Virus record (IMG/VR): IMGVR_UViG_3300010234_000033
Location: 1-35,316 of that record
Origin: a virus
Lineage: Duplodnaviria > Caudoviricetes
DNA: 35,316 nt
Strand: one strand, 5' to 3'
Under the pieces are notes generated by a model, which saw nothing but the letters and a program-made list of their open reading frames with translations, was not told where the DNA came from and did no database searches. Positions within the stretch are counted from its first letter, which is position 1; each line of letters starts with the position of its first letter. The translations under genes and the position numbers were made by a program. This document shows positions 18,005 through 26,402 of the stretch, piece after piece.

Positions 18005-19158
18005 GACAAATACTCCTTACTTTCATTTGAAACACCCGATAGGCATAGGCAATAGAAAATACCACTAATTAAAAATAGACTTGAGATGTGCAACGTAAAA
18101 TTGCCAAAACAATTTATAAAAACCCCGAACAATGCACTACTGGCAATAACGTTTTTACTTCTGAGCAATGCCCGACTAAATAAAGCATAAAAACCAATAA
18201 ACCCAAACACTCCGAAGGCCATATAAGACGCTAAATACTCCGAGTGCTCTTGATACCACTTAACCCCGTTAATAACGTACATGCGTGGGAAATGGTCATA
18301 AAACCACCCCGTCCCATTGCCAACTAAAAAGGTCTTAAAGTCTGTTATTGATAAAATTAAGGACCATGATAAAAATCTCTGACTATCAAAACCCGAAACA
18401 CCATTAGGACCAATAATTAAAAAGGTACCTATCAAAACGACTAGGACTAGAATTAAAGGCAGCGTTTTGTAATGGACTAAGAGGTTTTGTTTTTTGAATT
18501 GAGAGTTTTGGAGAACACACACAAAAAAGAAATACAAAACGCTGCCGATAAAAGATATATTTGCTATTGCCGAGTCGTAAAAATAAAGGCCCATTATAAC
18601 TAACGGCAATAATTTTAAATATTTTTTAATAAAGAACACAGGTCCACAAATCGCGAGCATGGCACCTGATAACATACTATTGTTTAACGGCCCTATGGCC
18701 TTGCCTGGAGCTGCTACTTTATATTGCTTAATGCCTGCAATATATTCAGCATAAAAGGAGTAAGGGCTAAAACCAAGCTTGTTAACCACCGCCCACGTTA
18801 TATTAACCAAGGCAGTAATAACTATAAATTTATAGATAACGTCTAATTGATACAAACTAAAATTCTCATAGAAGTTTTTCAGAAATAGGACACCGGCAGT
18901 TATATAAACAATATGGTAAAAATTGCCTATTGACGCATAATTATCCACATTAAACCAACTCACCACTAAAAGGATTGATAAACCTATTTTTTCTGGTAAG
19001 GGAAATTTTCTAACTGACTTGCTAAAAAAATAAAGTGAAGCCATAACGGCAAGCCAAAAAAAGGAGTCCTTGCCCTCTCTTAAACCGCCTCTAGTAACTC
19101 TGAATATTAAGGGAGTAGTCACAAGCACTACCCCCCAAAAAAAATTGAAATTAATCAT
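18001..19158 (-). CDS. O-antigen ligase / O-oligosaccharyltransferase-like (Wzy_C) polytopic membrane protein
   Basis: About 10 hydrophobic segments; GPLNNSMLSG; R...W, G.G.G.F and HSEYL...FG..G match the WaaL/PglL periplasmic-loop signature. Confidence 0.75.
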   Translation of the reverse strand: MINFNFFWGVVLVTTPLIFRVTRGGLREGKDSFFWLAVMASLYFFSKSVRKFPLPEKIGLSILLVVSWFNVDNYASIGNFYHIVYITAGVLFLKNFYENFSLYQLDVIYKFIVITALVNITWAVVNKLGFSPYSFYAEYIAGIKQYKVAAPGKAIGPLNNSMLSGAMLAICGPVFFIKKYLKLLPLVIMGLYFYDSAIANISFIGSVLYFFFVCVLQNSQFKKQNLLVHYKTLPLILVLVVLIGTFLIIGPNGVSGFDSQRFLSWSLILSITDFKTFLVGNGTGWFYDHFPRMYVINGVKWYQEHSEYLASYMAFGVFGFIGFYALFSRALLRSKNVIASSALFGVFINCFGNFTLHISSLFLISGIFYCLCLSGVSNESKEYLS

Positions 19159-19676
19159 CTTAGCCTTACGAAAGCCTCGACTGCCGCACTAGCTGACGCA
19201 TCGTCGTAAAATACACCGCCTGGGACATCACTGGCAGCTACGGACGCCAAGTCCTCTGCCTGTGCATAACCTGCAACGTTTTCACTGATAAAAAATTGAT
19301 GACCTGCCGACGCTGTTCGGTTGGTTGAATCAAATAGTAGCTTGTCGGTATAACCGTAGGTTCTACATCTACAAATTGCTTCGGCCGCGCATGACGCATC
19401 TCTGTTAGAATCTAGCATACAAACCGGCGAGTCTCCTGCCGTTGTACTAGTTGAGAACGTATAACCGTCGTCAGATGCAGTATCAAATACAACTAAAGAA
19501 CCATCGGAAGCGGCTGACGCTCCGTTGTTCTTAACATAAACAAACCAGTTTTCTAAAGATCCCTCTTGAAGTGCTCCGGTTGCATCAATTGAAACCGATC
19601 TACCTGCCGGTCCAATGTCCGCAAAAGCATGTAGGCTTATTGTTAACAAAAATAATAGGGTGAGTAATTTTTTCAT
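19155..19676 (-). CDS. capsid decoration/cement-like protein with a Sec signal peptide
   Basis: Directly after the major capsid gene; small, Ala/Gly/Ser-rich beta protein; leader MKKLLTLLFLLTISLHAFA; GGAGA RBS. Confidence 0.6.
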   Translation of the reverse strand: MKKLLTLLFLLTISLHAFADIGPAGRSVSIDATGALQEGSLENWFVYVKNNGASAASDGSLVVFDTASDDGYTFSTSTTAGDSPVCMLDSNRDASCAAEAICRCRTYGYTDKLLFDSTNRTASAGHQFFISENVAGYAQAEDLASVAASDVPGGVFYDDASASAAVEAFVRLR

Positions 19677-19691
19677 TTTTCAAATCTCCAT

Positions 19692-19713
19692 AAAAGGAGG
19701 GTGTTACCCCTCC
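19692..19713 (-). terminator. intrinsic terminator/attenuator after the major capsid gene
   Basis: Minus strand reads GGAGGG-gtaaca-CCCTCC-TTTT. Confidence 0.7.
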
Positions 19714-19727
19714 CGATTAATAATTAA

Positions 19728-20690
19728 TTAAACTGTAATGTCGTTAACTCTTGAGTGAAATTTTCTCTCGCTAGCAACGGTGTTACCATAAAGGAAAATT
19801 CTCTCTAACAACGCATCGGCAGTCTCAAGGTCTTTAATTGATTGACGTCTCATATTGTTGTCTTTTTGAACGTGAAGCTTAAAGTGCTCCTCATCAACAT
19901 GAAATAGAGTATTCCCTGGCATTTGGTTTTCTACCATGTAAGGAATACCGTTATAAACAATCATTGTCCCTTTGTGACCAAAACCGTCTAGCTTAGAATC
20001 ACTAGTCGTTCTTTGGTACGCTGTAAACAACCCTTTAAATTTAGAGAAAACGTTTTTATCCATCAAACCAAGTGATGGTGCTCCCCTACCCTCTTCAACG
20101 GCAGAATCATAATTAGAATCTACAATTGCCTGAGTAAGTGTTCTGTTAACCCCACTATTGTCGTCAACGGTTGAAACCCATGTCGCAAGGTCTGCCGGAG
20201 CAATCCCACCGTACGTTCCACTCGAAGCGATAACAGCTTGTAGGCCAATAAATTGTTTAGTTGAAGCCGCACCGGTCGCAGCCGTTCCGTCAGATAGGGC
20301 ACCTTTAATCATTCTTTGTTTAAAAGCAAGCTCACCTTGTCTAACTTTTTTGTCAACTAGTTTAAGTACACCTAGTCTCCCTGCGTTTTTAGCAATGTCT
20401 GCTTTATAAATTACGACTGACTCGTAAATATATTTCCAGTCATGCTCACTAGCAGAAATACCGTCATACTCTTGAAGAGATAGAGCGTCTCTAGGGCTAT
20501 AAAACTCACCTGTTGTTTCGGTGTCGTCAGCGGCCATTAGTGGACAAATAATCTTGTTACCACCGTCTTCTAGCTCTTGTTTTTCTCTAAGTTTGTTTAA
20601 AAATGCATTTGAAGTGAAGATTCCTTCAGTCATTTTATCTTTAATTAGATCATGTGTAACTGCCGTAATTTGGCCATATGTTAATGCCAT
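19728..20690 (-). CDS. major capsid protein (HK97 fold)
   Basis: 320 aa; follows portal and scaffold; GGNKIICPL, FIGLQAVI and YNGIPYMVE segments; followed by a terminator. Confidence 0.85.
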   Translation of the reverse strand: MALTYGQITAVTHDLIKDKMTEGIFTSNAFLNKLREKQELEDGGNKIICPLMAADDTETTGEFYSPRDALSLQEYDGISASEHDWKYIYESVVIYKADIAKNAGRLGVLKLVDKKVRQGELAFKQRMIKGALSDGTAATGAASTKQFIGLQAVIASSGTYGGIAPADLATWVSTVDDNSGVNRTLTQAIVDSNYDSAVEEGRGAPSLGLMDKNVFSKFKGLFTAYQRTTSDSKLDGFGHKGTMIVYNGIPYMVENQMPGNTLFHVDEEHFKLHVQKDNNMRRQSIKDLETADALLERIFLYGNTVASERKFHSRVNDITV

Positions 20691-20708
20691 TTTTCTTACC
20701 TCTGGGTT

Positions 20709-21770
20709 TTAAAACCCTTTTTCTTTGACCTTACTCATTAAGTAGTTCATATAATTGCCTGAATTGTCTTTTTGCTCATTTGTGTTGTTTAGTGGTGTAT
20801 CGCCCGACCCAACACGTTGAGCACTTTCAAGTTTTGTCTTATTAAGTTTGTTGCTCGACTCTAAGGCTTTTTGAATTTGCTCACCATGGACCGCTAGCAT
20901 TGCCTGCTTAACGCTCATTGATTGGTTTTCATCGCTAGTCCAAATCTTGTTAACAGATTCCCAGTCAGGAGATATTCCAAGCTTTTTTAATTTAAGACCG
21001 TAATCATTACTCACTTCCTTAAAACCGTCCTCCCACTCTTTTTCAGCACGACTGACGTTAGCTTCTACCTCTTGATTTTCTTTGTTTTTCAAAAGCTGTT
21101 CAACTGATTCCAAGCGCCCATTTAGTTGTTTAACTACAGGGTCGTTTGGGTTGCCTTGATGTCTTGGAGCTACCTGCTTAACGTATGACATTATGTCTTG
21201 AAATAATTCAGGGTCATTATTCTGAATACCCTCTAAAGCTTCGGCCATAATTTGGTTATTAGTTAGTTCCTCATTAAATTCATTTTGTCGATTCTCGAAC
21301 TCCTGTTCCTTTTCGACGAAACTGTTTTCACGTTCTGTAAATGCAGTCTCTTTGTCGCTAAATTCCTTTTCGCGCTCTTGTGATTTGTACGTATAGTCAG
21401 CTCCCATTGATAACATTGACTTTAAATCGTCCATGTTTTCGATGTTAACCGGAAGTCCTTTCCTTAAAACTCCAAGGTCATTAATTGACTCAAGAAATTT
21501 AGACTCGTCAAAATCACCATTTTCTACTTCAAGGTTGTTAAGTTGGTCTTCGACGCTTAACTCCTCTTGATTTTCCTCGGTAGTTGTTTCATTTGACTCC
21601 GTTTCCGGCTGGTCACCAACTGCCTCGCTTGTCGTGTCCACGTCGTCCGCTCCTAGTGAATCTAGGTTGGCGTCGTCCATGTACTTCTCAACTGCACTAG
21701 GTGCTGCGCCAAGTTCTCCGCGCTCATTCCCTAGTACTAGTTTAAGAAAATTCATAATACTTAACTTCAT
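20709..21770 (-). CDS. capsid scaffolding protein
   Basis: Acidic N-terminal region, GADYTYKSQE motif and coiled coils; between portal and capsid genes. Confidence 0.8.
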   Translation of the reverse strand: MKLSIMNFLKLVLGNERGELGAAPSAVEKYMDDANLDSLGADDVDTTSEAVGDQPETESNETTTEENQEELSVEDQLNNLEVENGDFDESKFLESINDLGVLRKGLPVNIENMDDLKSMLSMGADYTYKSQEREKEFSDKETAFTERENSFVEKEQEFENRQNEFNEELTNNQIMAEALEGIQNNDPELFQDIMSYVKQVAPRHQGNPNDPVVKQLNGRLESVEQLLKNKENQEVEANVSRAEKEWEDGFKEVSNDYGLKLKKLGISPDWESVNKIWTSDENQSMSVKQAMLAVHGEQIQKALESSNKLNKTKLESAQRVGSGDTPLNNTNEQKDNSGNYMNYLMSKVKEKGF

Positions 21771-21779
21771 TATATCCCT

Positions 21780-23852
21780 TTAGTTAGCTGGCTGGTCTTG
21801 ATTGACTCCAGTTAATTTTTGGATCTCTTCTTCTCTTAAAATTTCTTCAAGCATTTTACGCTCCTCTGGGCTTAGTAACTCAGGGTTAATTTGTGCTTTT
21901 AATTTTAAGTTTTCTATTTGCATTTGTTGCATTTGTGACTGTACTTGTTCCAATGCGGCGTTTTGCTCATTTCTAGCGCCTACCATCTCAAGTATTTTCT
22001 CTTTTCGTGGCATCTCTGCTAACTGTAAATACTCTTCATAGGTTATAAAGCCAGCGCCTAATTGAGCGTACAAGAGAGAGTTATAAGCCTGCTTGTCTAC
22101 GCCTGCCATTGACCCCGATGCTATACCGACATCAAACTCAAGGTCTGACATTTCAAGAGGGTTAAATATAATTTCTTCCTTAGATTGCTCGTCGACGCCT
22201 AGATATTTTTCATCGGTCCAAAATTGTATAATATTACAAGCTGTTAAATGACCTAAACGGCCTAAAGAGTAGTAAGTGTTTTGTCGATCTATTAACCTTA
22301 TTCTACCTATTGCTTGGTTTTGTGTACGTTCAACTGTTGTTGCGGCTGCATTAGGGTGAGGTGTCTTGCCCTCGGTGACTTCATTTACACCCGAAAGCTC
22401 ACGCATTTTGAGCATCCTTTCAGGAGCGAACCTTACAACCTGTTCGCTTATAACACCTGGAGGGATATTTTGGATTGAAGTGCCTTGAGGCTTGAAATAC
22501 AGGGCACCGTCCTCGTTGGTGATATCGTCCTCAGTTAAACCAGTTTCAATATCGACTTGCTTTTCGGGATTAGCAACACGTTGCAACCCTTTATAAGCCT
22601 TGTAAGTCATAACCGTCTGCATTTGCTGACTGTCAAAAATATTTCTTATTACTCCGTCGCCAAAAATAGTTCCATTCCGGTAACAGTAAAAAGGTACTAG
22701 ATTAATTTCGCCATGGTCATACTTGTTTACACCATCGTAAACGGTAGTTTGACCCAAGCTTTCAATGACCCGATATCCACCGGGGTATTTAAGCATTTCT
22801 CCTTTAGGGTTTTCTTTTTGCAGGGTTGCGTGAGCTTCAATATGATTTTCTAAAATCTTAATTTTTAAAAGTAAGTCACCAACTGCGTCAGGGTTTTCCT
22901 GTGCTAACTCTTGAGCTATTTGTTCGGCAGCTTCAAAGCCTTGTTCTGGAGTTAGGTTTAATTGTGAATAAAGTTCGGTTAAGTCAGCGTAGTGACTTTC
23001 GCCGTGTGCTTTATGGTTTTCATATAATTTAACGTCAGGGCTATTGCCTTCCATTAACTCTTTTTTTTCACTTTCCAACTCTTGAGCTGTTATCTCTTCG
23101 GGTATTGGCTTAAGTGAAAAATCTTTAACATAGGTATATTTAAGCTTTAAAAGGTTTTTATTTGAATAAGGCTTAGGCACAGACCGTCTATGTCGTTGTT
23201 GCGTATCATGCTTTTCCAACCCTCGATAACTGTCATTGGCCTGCGTGACTTCTTCGCCTTTCATTTTAGAGATTTGCTTGGAATATTTAGGGTATGCCCT
23301 TTCAAGCCATGATCTTGAACGAAACACTGTAAATTGAGCTGAGTCAGATTGTTCAATAAATAGAGAGTTTCCAGAGATTAAAACTTCGTTCTCGTCCCAT
23401 CTCAATATTTCGTTTTTAAGCTCACCTTGCCCATTGTTAGCGAACGGGTCGTAACAAGGATGAATAAAACCAGGAGCGTCAGTTATGGCATTTCTAACAA
23501 CCATTGGGTACATGAGGTCGAACTTCTGCTTTTTAAATACGTGCTCAATGGCTTTACTTAAAACAGTAGCTTTTTGCGCGTTATCCTCACCATTCATTTT
23601 AGCAACCGGCATAGGCATTGAATCGGTTAAAATAGGCACCATTGTTTCAATAATGCTGAAAATATTATTCTCATAGGGCTTATATTCGGATTGGTTTTCC
23701 CAGATAACCCCATGATATGAACGACGTTCAACACGCCAACAACTTTCAAATTGTTCTCTATAGTTTTTAAGGTCCGCACAAACATCGTTTACGATATCTA
23801 TAGGGTTTTCCTTATTCTCGCTGGTCATTTTTTCTTTTAATTTTTCAAGCAT
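21780..23852 (-). CDS. portal protein (P22-like)
   Basis: 690 aa; NNIFSIIET, LVPFY...FGDGVIRNIFDSQ, ELSGVNEVTEG; Gln-rich C-terminal coil. Confidence 0.85.
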   Translation of the reverse strand: MLEKLKEKMTSENKENPIDIVNDVCADLKNYREQFESCWRVERRSYHGVIWENQSEYKPYENNIFSIIETMVPILTDSMPMPVAKMNGEDNAQKATVLSKAIEHVFKKQKFDLMYPMVVRNAITDAPGFIHPCYDPFANNGQGELKNEILRWDENEVLISGNSLFIEQSDSAQFTVFRSRSWLERAYPKYSKQISKMKGEEVTQANDSYRGLEKHDTQQRHRRSVPKPYSNKNLLKLKYTYVKDFSLKPIPEEITAQELESEKKELMEGNSPDVKLYENHKAHGESHYADLTELYSQLNLTPEQGFEAAEQIAQELAQENPDAVGDLLLKIKILENHIEAHATLQKENPKGEMLKYPGGYRVIESLGQTTVYDGVNKYDHGEINLVPFYCYRNGTIFGDGVIRNIFDSQQMQTVMTYKAYKGLQRVANPEKQVDIETGLTEDDITNEDGALYFKPQGTSIQNIPPGVISEQVVRFAPERMLKMRELSGVNEVTEGKTPHPNAAATTVERTQNQAIGRIRLIDRQNTYYSLGRLGHLTACNIIQFWTDEKYLGVDEQSKEEIIFNPLEMSDLEFDVGIASGSMAGVDKQAYNSLLYAQLGAGFITYEEYLQLAEMPRKEKILEMVGARNEQNAALEQVQSQMQQMQIENLKLKAQINPELLSPEERKMLEEILREEEIQKLTGVNQDQPAN

Positions 23853-23959
23853 GGATATAGATTAAGGAATAAACAGAATAAAATATCATAAAAACGACTT
23901 TCCGAAATTATATAAACTCTTAAGGTTTTCGTTTTTAAAATACAGAAAAAAGGAGTGTT

Positions 23960-24358
23960 ATGCCTAGTTATAGATTTCATTGCAGAAATGAGAAATGTGG
24001 AGCTGACTTTTTAAGACATTTTAAAATTGAAGAGTTTGAAAAAAATCAATATGGTTCGGGTTATGGTTGTTTTAGATGTGGTTTTCCACGTATGGCCGTA
24101 ATCAAGTCTAATAAAGTCGCTAAGGATGGTTTCCAACCAGGCTTTCAGCGAAACATAATGAAACATTGTGCTACCTATGGAGAATATAAAGCCCACCTAA
24201 AAAGAATGGGCTTAGTTGAAATAGGGCACGAGGACTTGGAAGAATCAGAAGATAACAAAACAGAATATTGGACCGACGACATCTTGAAAAAGGTTTATGC
24301 TAACGGGATTAAGATATCAGGCCGTGAGGCGGACGCTCTTAAAAAGGGGCTGGCTTAA
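23960..24358 (+). CDS. FmdB-like zinc-ribbon protein
   Basis: MPSYRFHCRNEKC...CFRC; AGGAG RBS. Confidence 0.75.
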   Translation: MPSYRFHCRNEKCGADFLRHFKIEEFEKNQYGSGYGCFRCGFPRMAVIKSNKVAKDGFQPGFQRNIMKHCATYGEYKAHLKRMGLVEIGHEDLEESEDNKTEYWTDDILKKVYANGIKISGREADALKKGLA

Positions 24359-24636
24359 TCAAAAGGGTCTACGATGTTACCCATTAAAGCCGTTTCCATG
24401 TCTTTAGATGGGCTATAGCTCCAGCCCTTAACTATTTTTTTAGGTTTGGTTTTCTTTTTAACCTTAAACTCTATTTGCTCGGCGCTCGGAGCGTTTTTAT
24501 TTAAAGATTTTGCAAATTCTGTGATGTATTTATTTTGCTCTAGTTGCCTAACTTCTATTCTTTTCATGAAATTAAACACTGAATGCGCAAATATAAAAAA
24601 GAGTGCTAAGTAACCGCTGTAAAATATAATTTCCAT
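24355..24636 (-). CDS. N-terminally anchored small membrane protein
   Basis: IIFYSGYLALFFIFAHSVF transmembrane segment. Confidence 0.65.
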   Translation of the reverse strand: MEIIFYSGYLALFFIFAHSVFNFMKRIEVRQLEQNKYITEFAKSLNKNAPSAEQIEFKVKKKTKPKKIVKGWSYSPSKDMETALMGNIVDPFD

Positions 24637-24645
24637 TAATCGCCT

Positions 24646-25926
24646 TTAATCTATTTTATACTCTCTAACGCTAAACCTTAAGTCAATTTGGGCATTGTTA
24701 GTATTTGTGTCAACAACAAAATATAAGACATCGGTAGGCGTCAACCTAAAGCCTACAGGTTCGTTTAAAGTTACAATCGAATCGGTGCTTGTATCAATTA
24801 ACACCCTAAACACTTCATAGGTCGTTGCTACGTTTCGGTTATAAGCATACCCTTTAACTGTTAATCTAGGGCTACCACCGCCCGAAAGTTTGTTTACATT
24901 AATCCAAAGAAATTTTGCGACCGCGTAACTATTTGAATCAACAAAGAATATTGCCTGCTGAGTCACGCTGTTACCCGTAGGAATAAAAGCCTGTGTAGTA
25001 CCTGCCGTTGTTGCCGTGAAGGTTATATCGTTTCCATTACTCCCAGTGCCCGCATTTGATGCCACAGAAACCCTATTAATGCCTAAGCCTGAGAAACTAG
25101 TTACGTCACTCCCATCACTACCTAGAACGTGAGTCGCTTCACTGCCTAAACCATTCTCGTCGATATAATCAATGAATAATGAAGTGGCACCTGAGGCGGT
25201 CGCCCCGTCATCTGTATTGTCATAGGCAATCGTGAAAGTTTGAGCTTCACCACTTGCCAAAGGTGTAAAATTACCAGTAGTTGCCCAAACAGTCTCTTCA
25301 CCATTTGCGTCTGTTAAGCCCTCTCTATAACCAAATTTTGTAAAATGCGAGACGCCTGATCTTTGACCTATTACAACCTCATCCTCTGGAATAGTAGGTC
25401 TTACAACTAGAGCGTCATTGTCTATTGCTACGGGCTGGTTTGTAGGACTAACGCTTGGAACAAAACCTGAACCATAATAGGTTTTTAATCTAAAATAAGA
25501 CTGAGCGCCGGCATCATTAACAAATCTAACTCTAAAATAGCGTCCCAGTTTAACAGCGGTATGAAATTCAGCAATACCAGAGGCAACTTTAAAGCCGGCA
25601 GGAGGAAAGCTTGAATCCCAATTGGTCCCGTCATTGGAAAAATCAAAATATAAAGTCCCTGAATTGTCAGCCTTAACCATAACGCCAACTTGAGGCATTG
25701 AGTTTATTTCTCCGGTGCCTGTAAACGTAGCACCGCTTGTAAGTGCTGTTGTGCTGGAGTTACCGCTAGACTCGATAGAAGAACCACTCATTAAAGCGCG
25801 TTTTGCATATTGATCGGTTGCGGCGTCGTAAACGTGTGAACCTTTAACAATATCCGCAACCGGTTCGTTAACATGAGTTACTGCATATAAGTTAAAAGAA
25901 ATTAACCATAAAAATATAAATCTCAT
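24646..25926 (-). CDS. 426-aa secreted Ser/Thr/Gly-rich beta protein, possibly virion-associated (start revised)
   Basis: ATG at 25926 follows the upstream stop and a GAGGT; gives signal peptide MRFIFLWLISFNLYA. Confidence 0.65.
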   Translation of the reverse strand: MRFIFLWLISFNLYAVTHVNEPVADIVKGSHVYDAATDQYAKRALMSGSSIESSGNSSTTALTSGATFTGTGEINSMPQVGVMVKADNSGTLYFDFSNDGTNWDSSFPPAGFKVASGIAEFHTAVKLGRYFRVRFVNDAGAQSYFRLKTYYGSGFVPSVSPTNQPVAIDNDALVVRPTIPEDEVVIGQRSGVSHFTKFGYREGLTDANGEETVWATTGNFTPLASGEAQTFTIAYDNTDDGATASGATSLFIDYIDENGLGSEATHVLGSDGSDVTSFSGLGINRVSVASNAGTGSNGNDITFTATTAGTTQAFIPTGNSVTQQAIFFVDSNSYAVAKFLWINVNKLSGGGSPRLTVKGYAYNRNVATTYEVFRVLIDTSTDSIVTLNEPVGFRLTPTDVLYFVVDTNTNNAQIDLRFSVREYKID

Positions 25927-25933
25927 TCCTACC

Positions 25934-26158
25934 TCAATTAAAAAAATCACTGCTATCTTTTTTGGACCGCATGCTCTGCTTGGCAAAATACTCAACATCT
26001 TCTTTTCGCTTGCCAATAAATTCATTAAATATATTATGAATAGTAATCGCCGATTGCCTTAAAGGATCGACCTCTCGATGAATCTTATTAACAACCTTAT
26101 TTCTAAGAGCTTCGATTGCTTCAATCTGTTCTTTTGAAAACTCAATTTTATCACTCAT
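25934..26158 (-). CDS. hypothetical protein (start revised to MSDKIEF)
   Basis: Start overlaps the end of the upstream gene. Confidence 0.6.
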   Translation of the reverse strand: MSDKIEFSKEQIEAIEALRNKVVNKIHREVDPLRQSAITIHNIFNEFIGKRKEDVEYFAKQSMRSKKDSSDFFN

Positions 26159-26402
26159 TAGTCTCTTCCGTTTCACATATTGATAAAAACTCGTTAAGCC
26201 AAAATCTAGCCTCACTGATTTTTGTCTCAAGTTTATCTATTTCAGGATATTCCCCCGGTGGGTACTCTCTGCAATACTCTTCTATAATTAATAACAACTC
26301 GTCAAGGTAGTCGCCTGTGTCATCCTCTCTTAAGTGTTTTTTTAAACTATCTATTCTGTTTAATATTGGATCGCTCTCATAGGGGAAAATTAATAGTTTC
26401 AT
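26151..26402 (-). CDS. acidic hypothetical protein (start revised to MKLLIFP)
   Basis: ATGA overlap with the phosphoesterase stop. Confidence 0.6.
   Translation of the reverse strand: MKLLIFPYESDPILNRIDSLKKHLREDDTGDYLDELLLIIEEYCREYPPGEYPEIDKLETKISEARFWLNEFLSICETEETNE

Noticed and set aside
18941-18949. Isolated TTATCCACA DnaA box
   Set aside because: Single copy inside a coding region; expected by chance in an AT-rich 35 kb sequence.
25927-26025. N-terminal 33 aa of the 459-aa ORF call
   Set aside because: Overlaps the upstream gene; the ATG at 25926 has an RBS-like sequence and exposes a clean signal peptide.
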